A DNA stretch of 64,000 nt, taken from Eledone cirrhosa. Taxonomy: Eukaryota. Made by a program: the position numbers and the translations under genes. Positions 39,811 to 51,500 of this stretch are shown here, piece after piece. The notes below the pieces were generated by a model. That model saw only the letters and a list, made by a program, of their open reading frames with translations. It searched no databases and had not been told where the DNA came from. The DNA lies in contig OZ024749.1 of NCBI GenBank assembly GCA_964016885.1, positions 36,146,001 through 36,210,000 on the forward strand, in the 5' to 3' direction. Numbering within the stretch: position 1 is the stretch's first letter; each line of letters starts with the position of its first letter.

Positions 39811-40454
39811 TAGTTATGGAAAGAGTTAAAATATTCCTGATATTTAATAACTGTAAATAAAGATGTTAATACATTTACTATCTGTGACTAGATAAAATAA
39901 CACTTTGATTAAGCAAAGATAAACAGCAGTGTAAGAAACTGTTAGGTTGATATGACATTGCTTATCTCCTGGGAAAATACTTAAAAATATTGCTATGTGA
40001 TGTTTGATAACAATGAAATATGGAGTGTGAAGAAAACTAATGATGTTCTGCATTTTGCATTAACTATTAACATCTTATACGTCATGAAACCTCATTAGCA
40101 AGACATTCTTGAAAAGTAAGAACAAATATAAAAGTCTTTATCCTAATACTACAAATGTTTACAACAACCTCTCCACTGGAAAAATACTATAAACATTTGA
40201 ATTAACAAACCACATTTACAAGACATTCTTGAAAAGTACAAAGCAGCACTATGACTGCATTACATTAAAAATCAACCTTCACTTTAACACTGCAAATGTT
40301 TACAACTATATGTCAACTGGAAAAAGGTACTATAAATATTTGAATAAACAAACCTGCTTTTAGATATTTTCCACCAAATCATTACATTAAGAGTTAACTG
40401 GCAAATAGAGTTCAATTTGACAGGAATATATCTAATTGCAGTTAATCTTCTAAA

Positions 40455-40626
40455 TGTTGAATACTATGGGATGTGAGATATATAAATGATTCATTGGATA
40501 CATCATGGATAATATATATAATATATATAGGCATTTTGGATATACCATGGATATGAGATATATACTGGTTTATTGGATACATTGTGGATTTCAGAGAAAA
40601 ATATTGATTCAATGGATACACCATGG

Positions 40627-40686
<60 letters not shown>

Positions 40687-42080
40687 TTCTGAATACATCT
40701 TAACTATAGAGATAAATATTGGATGTTTGCAGACATCATGGGATACCAGGTAATAATACTGGTTCATTGGATATACCATGGATATCACATACATTGGTCT
40801 TTTGGATACATCATGGATAGCACAGATAAACATTGTTCAAAACATCATGGATATCAAATATAAATATTGCTTCTATGGATACATAATTCTTAATAAAGAT
40901 ATATTGCCATTTTTGGATATACCATGGATATTGGATATAAGCATTGCTCCATCGGCTACACCATGGATATCATATATATATATATGGTTTGTCCCCAAAG
41001 TAAGGGTAGTGATGTTTTAAATGTATATTAGATGTACATGAAATTACAAGTGATCTCCTTCAAAATACAACCCTTGGGATATTACACAGTGGTTCCAACG
41101 TTTTTCCATTGATCATAGTAGTACTAAAAGTCATTTTCTGTGAGTGTCCTTAGCTTGTCGGTTACCATCTGTACATTTTCCACAGTCCCAAAATGATTAC
41201 GCTTCAACTTTGATTTCAACTAATGGAAGAGGTAGAAATTAGAGCTAGAAATTCTCTAATTGATAGCACTGTGTGCGTGCTAGTTTTGCATAAATTTTTT
41301 GCATTTTGTTGAAATTCTGGGAATTACATTTTTATCCAAGCCTGTTTCTTCTGCAATCATCCTAACACTTAATTGTCGATATTTTACCATCGCCACTTTC
41401 ACCACTTCTACATTTTGTTCATTTGTTGATAAGATTGGTTTTCCAGAAAGATCATCATTTTCAACATATTCTCAGCTCTTTTGGAAAGCTTTGTGCCAAT
41501 TAAAAGCCTTCTCGATAGAGTGGCACATCTATAAGCTTCTGTTAAAGAATTGTTTGGTGGCAGATTTGTTGAGTTTCACATAAAATTTGATCATGTACTA
41601 TTGTTCGATATTTTCCTGTATCACAAACAACAGAGGTTATAAACACCTCTGTACACAAACAGCAATAATGCACGATTGATTCAATCAATCATGTTGAAAC
41701 AAGTATGTATGTGCAACCAAGGGCATAACCAACATGCCTATATACATCAAAGATGCTGCGTTCTGTCAATCATAGGAAAATCAGTACCCTTACTTTTTGG
41801 ACAAACCTCTTGTGTGTGTATATATATATACACACACATGTATATATATATACACATATATATATATATACAGATATATATATACACACATATATATATA
41901 TATATATACACACACACGTATATGCACAGGTCTTTAGGATACACCATGGAGATAATTTATATTGATACACTGTTGATATCACAGATATATATATATATGT
42001 TCAATGAATGCACCATGGATATCAGAGATAAATACTGTTTGCTTGGATACTGTTTGTTTGATGAGATAAACATTGGCTCA
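40455..42080. repeat. Degenerate ~40-bp tandem repeat (GGATACACCATGGATATCAGA core) hosting the mariner insertion
   Basis: Core recurs on both sides of 40984-41812. Confidence 0.7.
40984..41812 (-). mobile_element. Internally deleted mariner transposon
   Basis: ~28-bp TIRs GGTTTGTCC.AAAGTAAGGGTA.TGAT. Minus-strand remnants FNWHKAFQKS*EYVENDDLSGKPILSTNEQNVEVVK...LSVRMIAEETGLDK (HTH) and RWNHCVISQGLYFEGD (C-terminus). Confidence 0.85.
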
Positions 42081-42509
42081 TTTGTATATTTGTGATTCGG
42101 AGGGAAAAAACAACTAAAAAAAAAATACACACAAAAAAAAACCCCCATACATACACACACACACACAAAATATACTTTTTAATAGATTAAGATGAGATTT
42201 TAGTCTAACTCCTACAGACTTTATCAATATCAAGTTAATTCCACTCCAAAATAGATGACGTTTAGACATTTTCTAGTAACCAAACATTGAAATTCGAACA
42301 GTTTGAAGTTAATCAATATCCAGCAATCATTTTAAAATCAGAATTTTCGAGAATTTTTTTTCCCTTCTTTCTTCTCTGCTTCCCATTTAAATCTGTTGCC
42401 TTAATTAATACTTTTTAAAAATCTGCTATTTTATTGTTATATAATGTTGTCTCTTTATTTTCTTCTTTATATATTTTTGTTTTTCTAATGCCATTAAGCC
42501 ATTTATTAA

Positions 42510-42745
42510 CCCTTTCATTACCACATTTCTAATAAAAGACATTGCCTATGTTTTAAATAATTTTAAAAATAATCTAGAATTTAGTAATATAACTTTCTTA
42601 TTATTAAGCTGGTGTTTGGAACAACCTAACAAATGTTCTTACTTAAAATTGATGGAAGGTTTTTAGATAATTATAAACACTATAAAATAAACAGCTTTGT
42701 ATCATAGAACCAGGTATGGTTTCAGGGGGTTTGGTATCAAAAGGG
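42510..42745. mobile_element. piggyBac-like MITE family D2
   Basis: TTAA-CCCTTTCATTACCA...TGGTATCAAAAGGG-TTAA. Related copies near 2640-2805, 19945-20187, 23090-23650, 36375-36913, 60913-61145, 61150-61365 and 62270-62886. Confidence 0.75.
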
Positions 42746-42865
42746 TTAATATAGTGATAGAATTTGCTGCTAATCTACCAACATTTGTTGGTCCACATTG
42801 GCTTCACCTATTGCCATATATCTGTTGTAAACTGTTGGTAAAAATTAATTCTTCCTCACAGAATC

Positions 42866-43290
42866 ATGTGTGATTGAGCAGTTAGTGTCTTGGACTCATG
42901 ATCATAAAGTTATGGGTTTCATTTCTGGATTGGATGGCATGTAGTGTTCTTGAACAAGATGTTTCATTTCACAGTGCTTTTCATTATAGGACTGGGATCC
43001 CCCATCATTAAAGCACCCTAGAAGCCTTCCATGATATGCAACCTCATATGTTTGATAAACCTACATAGGTATATGTATGAGCTATAACAATAACATTATA
43101 GGATTGGGGTCCCTATAATTAAAATGCCCAAGAAACTCCATATAAGGTGCAACTTCATATGAGGTTTGCTAAACCTACATAAGTGTGAACTAATAGGACT
43201 GAAGCCTCTATCATTAACACACCCCAAGAAACTTCCTACGAGATACAACCTTGTAGGAGGCCAGCTAAACCTACATATGTGTAAATTTTG
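42866..43290 (+). mobile_element. SINE-B-like head followed by tandem ~90-100-bp units
   Basis: tRNA-like head, then repeated ATAGGACTGGGG.CCCT.TCATTAAAA..AGAAAC..CTAAACCTACATA units. Related stretches at 10320-10870, 20560-20880 (-), 7640-7735 and 61738-61990. Confidence 0.55.
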
Positions 43291-44020
43291 TTGCATTATC
43301 TTTTTAACAGAACTATGTTTTTCTCCATTGGTCAGCCATATTTAATTCCCAATTATTTTTGTTTTAAGTGATATTTTTTAATTATCAGAAAATAATTAAT
43401 TAATGGCTACAAAACATTTTGATCTTCTGTGAAACGCTAATGTTTTATGGAAGTGTTTTGTATTTATTTACTGTTGTTGTTTGGAGTAGTGCTGGTGGGG
43501 TGGTGGTGGTGGTGTTGTAACAATGTTGTTGTTGGTAGTGGTGGGTGTTGGTGATGGTGGGGGTGCAGCTGGTGGTGGTTGTAGCAATGTTATTGTTGTT
43601 GGTAGTGGTGGGTGTGGGTGATGGTGGGATTGCAGCTGGTGTTTGTTGTTGGTAGTGGTGGGTGTTGTTGGTAGTGGGTGTGCTGGTGGTACTAGTGGGT
43701 GTGTTAGTGTTCTAGATTCTCTTTATATTGATGAGGATGGTAATGGGGATGAAGATAAGTATTGGTGATGATGAGGATAGATTCATCATCTTTTTTCTGT
43801 TTTCCCTGTTAGTAAGTGTTGGACAGCTTATCACAGACTGAGTCAGCACTTAGTCATAGCCACTGATCATCTCACATACATTCTAGAGCAGAGGTTCTCA
43901 AAGAGGACGCTACCACCCCCAGGGGACGCTGGGGCCTAAATGGGTGGTAGAGATGATATAATAGTATATTAAGTATCAAATGATACATATATATATATAA
44001 ATATAGTAAAATAAAATATA

Positions 44021-44838
44021 ATAATAATACTATTTATAGTTATGTATATAGTATAAACAACCATAAACAGGAAGGCCAGTAATTTCTTAATAACCTTATT
44101 ACCAGTAAGAGAAATAGCTCAATGTATGAACATCAGTTGTTTTACAGAGCAGTTAAATCAATAAATTATACAATTATCAAAGTTGTGTTCAAATCATTTA
44201 ATAGCTGACAATCGTTTCTTCCAAATTCTCGTTTGGAGTCATCGGAGCATTATCAATGTTTGCACATAATTAGCCTCCTATTCAACTGAACAATAATATA
44301 GATACATATATATTGATGTTGTGAGCAACAGTTTCGTATTTACAGGGTGGAATGGATGTGACATATATTTTACAAGAATTGTACAATAATTGTACAAACA
44401 TTCAAGTTCAAATTAAATTAAAATCAAAAGCACGGAGTGGAATACATGCAACAGTTAAAACAAGGGAATAGTCCAAATATTAAAGAGGCATTGAGGACCC
44501 AGTTTTGATAAAGGAAGAGTGCGATAACAATTCATTTGCAGGCGTGTGGATAGTGTGACTGCGTAAGTCATATACATGAGAAGGAGACAAGCAAAGCTAT
44601 TATACATATATAGATGAATAAATACTGCAGTTAAAGCAAATATGTTAATGTATTAGAGTCTATGGTGGATGTTGATGTTGACATCAATTTATATGTATCT
44701 ATATTATTGTTCAGTTGAATAGGAGGCTAATTATATGTGCAAACATTGATAATGCTCCGATGACTCCAAACGAGAGTTTGAAAGTAACAATTGTCAGCTA
44801 TTAAATGATTTGAACACAACTTTGATAATTGTATAATT
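44021..44838. mobile_element. Fold-back hammerhead-bearing insertion with 17-bp target-site duplication
   Basis: ~158-bp inverted arms 44162-44319/44681-44840; TAGTAAAATAAAATATA duplicated at 44004-44020 and 44839-44855. Confidence 0.65.
44195..44258 (-). ncRNA. Type I hammerhead-like motif (CCGAUGA core variant, GUC triplet)
   Basis: Minus strand reads CAUU GA UAAU GCU CCGAUGA C UCCAAA cgagaa UUUGGA A GAAAC gauu GUC AGC U AUUA AAUG. The inverted copy at 44754-44798 (+) has GUAAC in place of GAAAC. Confidence 0.65.
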
Positions 44839-46669
44839 TAGTAAAATAAAATATATTTATTTATATATAGCATATATTATATTATTTATTATATATAAAT
44901 TAACGATTTTATTCATTATATATTATTTACAGTTTGAGTGTAGGCAGGGCTCTGGAAATAGGGGTGGGGGCACTGAGGATATGTGGCGGTGAGGGGGGGG
45001 GGTTTGGCCTAAAACGTTTGAGAACCTCTGCTCTAGAGTGTACTGGATGCATTGTATCATGGCACCAACACTAGGGAGGTTGTCATGTCTTTGACACAAT
45101 TGAAGAACTCACTTGACTCTTATTTACCAAAGGTTTAGAATAGCAGCAGATGGCACAACAATCTCTCTTACTAGTTACTGGTATTCTATGAATTTTTGGA
45201 ATTTAGTGGAAGTAGGAATGTCACCAAAGATCTAAATATTTTGTGTGTAAAACCATTATTAACTTTTAACATCCTGTAATGATTTGGCAGAATATATCCA
45301 ACAAAACAAGTTTCATAGTATCTTTACTGGTGGATAGATTGTTGTGGAAATTTGCAGTATTAGAGTAATTACTTTAAATTTTAATGTGATGTAGATATAG
45401 TGCTGTTTTGTATTTTTCAAGAATATTTTGCTAATGTGGTTTCATATGGTACAGGACATTAAATGTTGATACTAATCAAATAGTAACTATTATCAAGGTT
45501 TGTAAAGACCTGAGTTGTTTGGTAAATTAAGGAACAAGCATTCTTAAATTCTCTTTGGGTGGTGCTGATTCCAACATAGATTATCTGGTATTGCTGTATA
45601 AAATTCTCTGGGTAAATTTGTAACCTTGTGTTGGTATCTTTGGTAGATCAGGCTTGTATGTGTTTTATTTTTGGTATTGACTGTTTTTTTGTAAGTGGGG
45701 TTACACATTCATAACCCTTTTCAAATCAAAGTGCTTGAAACTAGCTCTGTTTATTTATTTATTTTCCAAACAAAACTGGTTAATTTACAAAGCATTGGAA
45801 AAATTTGAAATTATGTTAGCCTCAATGTAAATAAACATAAATGATAGTTGAATAAATGAAGTTAAGTACTCCCTAGTGCAGCAATGGGGAACCTGTGGCC
45901 TTCCTTGCCATTCTTTGTGGTCTTTTGAAAGAATCAAAAATTTCCAACAAAATTTTGATTTTTTATTAATATGTTTTTGTCTATCTCTTATTATTTTAAT
46001 TTAACCCAAAAGATGAACATACTTTAAATATCAAAGAGTGAAAGAAAATTCAATAAAATAATCCACACAGAGATAACCAGAATTAAAAACTTAGTAAATC
46101 ATAAGGACCATTTAAAGTTAACTCATGTTGCCTATCAGTTATCATTCTCCTTGATATGTGTATGTATGTATTATCATCTTCATTGTTTAACGTCCATCTT
46201 CCATGCTAGCAAGGGTTAGATGGGATTGTCGCACTAGAAGCAAGTTTGGTTGGGTGACTGTCTCGCTCGTATAGAACTGTATCTGGCAGGTTTTTTACGG
46301 CTGGATGCCCTTCTTAACACTAACCACATTTACAGTGTGGAATACATACATATATAGATATATACATACACAGACATACATACATATGTGCACATACACA
46401 AACATTTAGTTACTATGGCTGGTATTACAATTGTTAGAGTTGCTACTGTATCGATGTTGTTGTTGTTATTACTGTAGCAGTATGTCGACAATGTCTGTAG
46501 ATGTAGTCAGTGTCATACACCATTGTTGTTGTTAGTGTTGTTGTAACAGTGTTGTTGTTATAGCAGCGTTATGTGGTTATTATTGTAATCATATGTCAAC
46601 ATTCTCTTTAGGTGTGATCAATGTGATGTATGTGGCTATTGTTGTAGTGGTATGTAAACAATGTTTAGG

Positions 46670-47010
46670 TGTAATCAATATGCCATATAATGTTATGTTG
46701 TTGTTATTGTTATTACTGTAGTGGTATGTAATCAATGTGCCATATATTGTTATGTTGTTGTTATTGTTATTACTGTAGTGGTATATAATCAATGTGCCAT
46801 ATAATGTTATGTTGTTGTTATTGTTATTACTGTAGTGGTATGTAATCAATGTGCCATATAATGTGTTATGTTGTTGTTATTGTTATTACTGTAGTGGTAT
46901 GTAATCAATATGCCATATAATGTTATGTTGTTGTTATTGTTATTACTGTAGTGGTATGTAATCAATGTGCCATATAATGTGTTATGTTGTTGTTATTGTT
47001 ATTACTGTAA
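46670..47010. repeat. ~57-59-bp minisatellite
   Basis: GTAATCAATGTGCCATATAATGTTATGTTGTTGTTATTGTTATTACTGTAGTGGTAT, about 6 units. Confidence 0.9.
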
Positions 47011-47067
47011 TCATATGTCAACAATGTCTAGGTGTAATCAATATGTCATACGCTCTTATGTTATTGT

Positions 47068-47243
47068 TTGGCAGTATCGGTTAGAGGGTTGGACGCCATT
47101 CTTTCTAGCATAGTTACGTCCCTTTACAGTCTGAGTTCAAATCCCGTCGAGGTTAACTTTACCTTACATCCTTACGGGGGTCGATAAAATAAAGTACCAG
47201 TAATGTACTGGGTAATTGCTGGCCTTGTTCCAAAAGTAGAAAC
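47068..47243 (+). mobile_element. SINE family A copy
   Basis: Family A sequence, slightly diverged. Confidence 0.85.
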
Positions 47244-48596
47244 AGTTATTGTAGCATTGTCAACAATATCTAGGTGCAATCAGTGTCAGACACTGTTGTT
47301 GTTGTTGTTGTTGTTGTTGTTGTAGTTATTATCATTACTGTAATCATGTCAACAATGTCTGTGGGTGTACTCAATGTGTCATATACATTTTATTGAATTG
47401 CCAATCAGACTGAAATCTTTTTGAAATATTGATTTCATATTGATTTCATATCCATAATATCAAAAATAATTGGGAGATTTAGGAAAATGTTGAATCTACA
47501 CACGCACGCACTCTCCCACTCACTCTCACCCACACACACACACACTCTGTTCAATGAACCTCTGTTAGTTCTGGCAACAAGCGTTCCATTTGTTTAACCA
47601 ACACAACAACAGACTCATTAAATTAATGTACAGGTGGTTCATCATGTTATAGACACATGTATCATTACAAAGATTCAGTTTGACTGTGTGGCATAGCTGG
47701 CCCTTTAAATTACAGATATCTATTTTTTTTTTTATCAGCTTAGTGTACTGGAGCAATATGAAATAAAGTGTCTTGCTCAAGGACACAATGTACCACTGGA
47801 AATTAAACTCTTGACAATATAATCATGGGTCGAACATTATAACCACACTAGGCCACCAGTCTTTAAATATATATATCATCATATATGTCTATTTTTCCAT
47901 GCTCGCAGAGCTCAGACCATGTTTCCTTGTGTTTCTTTGTGTGTGCATATATATCATCATCATCGTTTAACGTCTATCTTCTACGCTAGCATGGGTTAGA
48001 CGGGTTTGTCCCATTAGCGGCAAGTTGGGTCGAGTGACCGTGTCTTGCTCATATAGGACTGCTTATGTCTGGTTTTCTATGGCTGGGTGCTTTTTGCTGT
48101 GTTGCCTACACAACCACTTTACAGTGTGGGCTAGGTGTTTTTTGTCATGACACCTACATGGCCACTTTACAGTGTGGGTTGGAGACTTATGATGATATAA
48201 AATTAGTTATTATAATGATAGTGAAACGAGAAAGTCCCTGGTTGGGTAGGTATCAAAAGGACCAGAGTGGACTGCTACTTGTAGCTTAAGACCAGGTTGT
48301 TGACTCTGCTAAAAGTACCTAAGGACAGTGTGTGGGGAGGTGTTTAAGTCAATGATACTTACAACAGGGTGGACTCTGCTAAAGGAAGCCATGTACCAGA
48401 GTTAACTGTACTAAAAATATCCGAAGACCAGGGTAGATTGTTACAAAAAGGGTCAGGTGGTGGTGTTAAACCAGTTAATATTAGTTTACCACTCAATAAT
48501 AGAACACACATTAAACATCAAAACACACACACACCCTGCAAAAATTCTTCAAGCAAATTCCACTGAGTTACAAAGAACAGTAGTAGTGTCACATGT

Positions 48597-51500
48597 GTAA
48601 GGTAACACTGTTTTATACCTGTAAGGTAACACTGTTTTATACCTGTAAGGTAACACTGTTTTATACCTGTAAGGTAACGCTGTTTTATACCTGTAAGGTA
48701 ACACTGTTTTATACCTGTAAGGTAACACTGTTTTATACCTGTAAGGTAACACTGTTTTATACCTGTAAGGTAACACTGTTTTATACCTGTAAGGTAACAC
48801 TGTTTTATATCTGTAAGGTAACACTGTTTTATACCTGTAAGGTAACACTGTTTTATACCTGTAAGGTAACACTGTTTTATATCTGTAAGGTAACACTGTT
48901 TTATACCTGTAAGGTAACACTGTTTTATATCTGTAAGGTAACACTGTTTTATACCTGTAAGGTAACACTGTTTTATATCTGTAAGGTAACACTGTTTTAT
49001 ACCTGTAAGGTAACACTGTTTTATATCTGTAAGGTAACACTGTTTTATACCTGTAAGGTAACACTGTTTTATACCTGTAAGGTAACACTGTTTTATACCT
49101 GTAAGGTAACACTGTTTTATACCTGTAAGGTAACACTGTTTTATACCTGTAAGGTAACACTGTTTTATACCTGTAAGGTAACACTGTTTTATACCTGTAA
49201 GGTAACACTGTTTTATACCTGTAAGGTAACACTGTTTTATACCTGTAAGGTAACACTGTTTTATACCTGTAAGGTAACACTGTTTTATACCTGTAAGGTA
49301 ACACTGTTTTATACCTGTAAGGTAACACTGTTTTATACCTGTAAGGTAACACTGTTTTATACCTGTAAGGTAACACTGTTTTATATCTGTAAGGTAACAC
49401 TGTTTTATACCTGTAAGGTAACACTGTTTTATACCTGTAAGGTAACACTGTTTTATACCTGTAAGGTAACACTGTTTTATACCTGTAAGGTAACACTGTT
49501 TTATACCTGTAAGGTAACACTGTTTTATACCTGTAAGGTAACACTGTTTTATACCTGTAAGGTAACACTGTTTTATACCTGTAAGGTAACACTGTTTTAT
49601 ATCTGTAAGGTAACACTGTTTTATACCTGTAAGGTAACACTGTTTTATACCTGTAAGGTAACACTGTTTTATACCTGTAAGGTAACACTGTTTTATACCT
49701 GTAAGGTAACACTGTTTTATACCTGTAAGGTAACACTGTTTTATACCTGTAAGGTAACACTGTTTTATACCTGTAAGGTAACACTGTTTTATACCTGTAA
49801 GGTAACTGTTTTATACCTGTAAGGTAACACTGTTTTATACCTGTAAGGTAACACTGTTTTATACCTGTAAGGTAACACTGTTTTATACCTGTAAGGTAAC
49901 ACTGTTTTATACCTGTAAGGTAACACTGTTTTATATCTGTAAGGTAACACTGTTTTATATCTGTAAGGTAACACTGTTTTATACCTGTAAGGTAACACTG
50001 TTTTATATCTGTAAGGTAACACTGTTTTATACCTGTAAGGTAACACTGTTTTATACCTGTAAGGTAACACTGTTTTATACCTGTAAGGTAACACTGTTTT
50101 ATACCTGTAAGGTAACACTGTTTTATACCTGTAAGGTAACACTGTTTTATACCTGTAAGGTAACACTGTTTTATACCTGTAAGGTAACACTGTTTTATAC
50201 CTGTAAGGTAACTGTTTTATATCTGTAAGGTAACACTGTTTTATACCTGTAAGGTAACACAGTTTTATACCTGCAAGGTAACACTGTTTTATACCTGTAA
50301 GGTAACACAGTTTTATACCTGCAAAGTAACACTGTTTTATATCTGCAAGGTAACACTGTTTTATACCTGTAAGGTAACAGTTTTATACCTGTAAGGTAAC
50401 ACTGTTTTATACCTGTAAGGTGACACTGTTTTATACCTGTAAGGTAACACAGTTTTATACCTGCAAGATAACAGTTTTATACCTGCAAGGTAACAGTTTT
50501 ATACCTGTAAGGTAACACTGTTTTATACCTGTAAGGTAACACTGTTTTATACCTGTAAGGTAACACTGTTTTATACCTGTAAGGTAACACTGTTTTATAT
50601 TTGTAAGGTAACACTGTTTTATATCTGTAAGGTAACACTGTTTTATACCTGTAAGGTAACACTGTTTTATACCTGTAAGGTAACACAGTTTTATACCTGT
50701 AAGGTAACACTGTTTTATATCTGTAAGGTAACACTGTTTTATACCTGTAAGGTAACACTGTTTTATACCTGTAAGGTAACACTGTTTTATACCTGTAAGG
50801 TAACACTGTTTTATACCTGTAAGGTAACACTGTTTTATACCTGTAAGGTAACACTGTTTTATACCTGTAAGGTAACACAGTTTTATACCTGTAAGGGTAA
50901 CACTGTTTTATATCTGTAAGGTAACACAGTTTTATACCTGTAAGGTAACACTGTTTTATACCTGTAAGGTAATACAGTTTTAAACCTGTAAGGTAATACA
51001 GTTTTAAACCTGTAAGGTAATACAGTTTTAAACCTGTAAGGTAATACAGTTTTAAACCTGTAAGGTAATACAGTTTTAAACCTGTAAGGTAACACAGTTT
51101 TAAACCTGTAAGGTAACAGTTTTAAACCTGTAAGGTAACACAGTTTTAAACCTGTAAGGTAACACAGTTTTATACCTGTAAGGTAACAGTTTTATACCTG
51201 TAAGGTAACGCAGTTTTATACCTGTAAGGTAACACAGTTTTATACCTGTAAGGTAACACTGTTTTATACCTGCAAGGTAACAGTTATATACCTGTAAGGT
51301 AACACTGTTTTATATCTGTAAGGTAACACTGTTTTATATCTGTAAGGTAACACTGTTTTATATCTGTAAGGGTAACACTGTTTTATACCTGTAAGGTAAC
51401 ACTGTTTTATACCTGTAAGGTAACACTGTTTTATACCTGTAAGGTAACACTGTTTTATACCTGTAAGGTAACACTGTTTTATACCTGTAAGGTAACACTG

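Larger units (their letters stand above)
43889..45030. mobile_element. hAT (Charlie-like) non-autonomous element
   Basis: Perfect 14-bp TIRs CAGAGGTTCTCAAA/TTTGAGAACCTCTG; 8-bp TSD TTCTAGAG/CTCTAGAG fitting the NTCTAGAN target of Charlie-type hATs. Confidence 0.85.

Noticed and set aside
45881-46135. Possible hAT end CAGCAATGGGGAACCTGTGGCC
   Set aside because: No clear matching right TIR or TSD.
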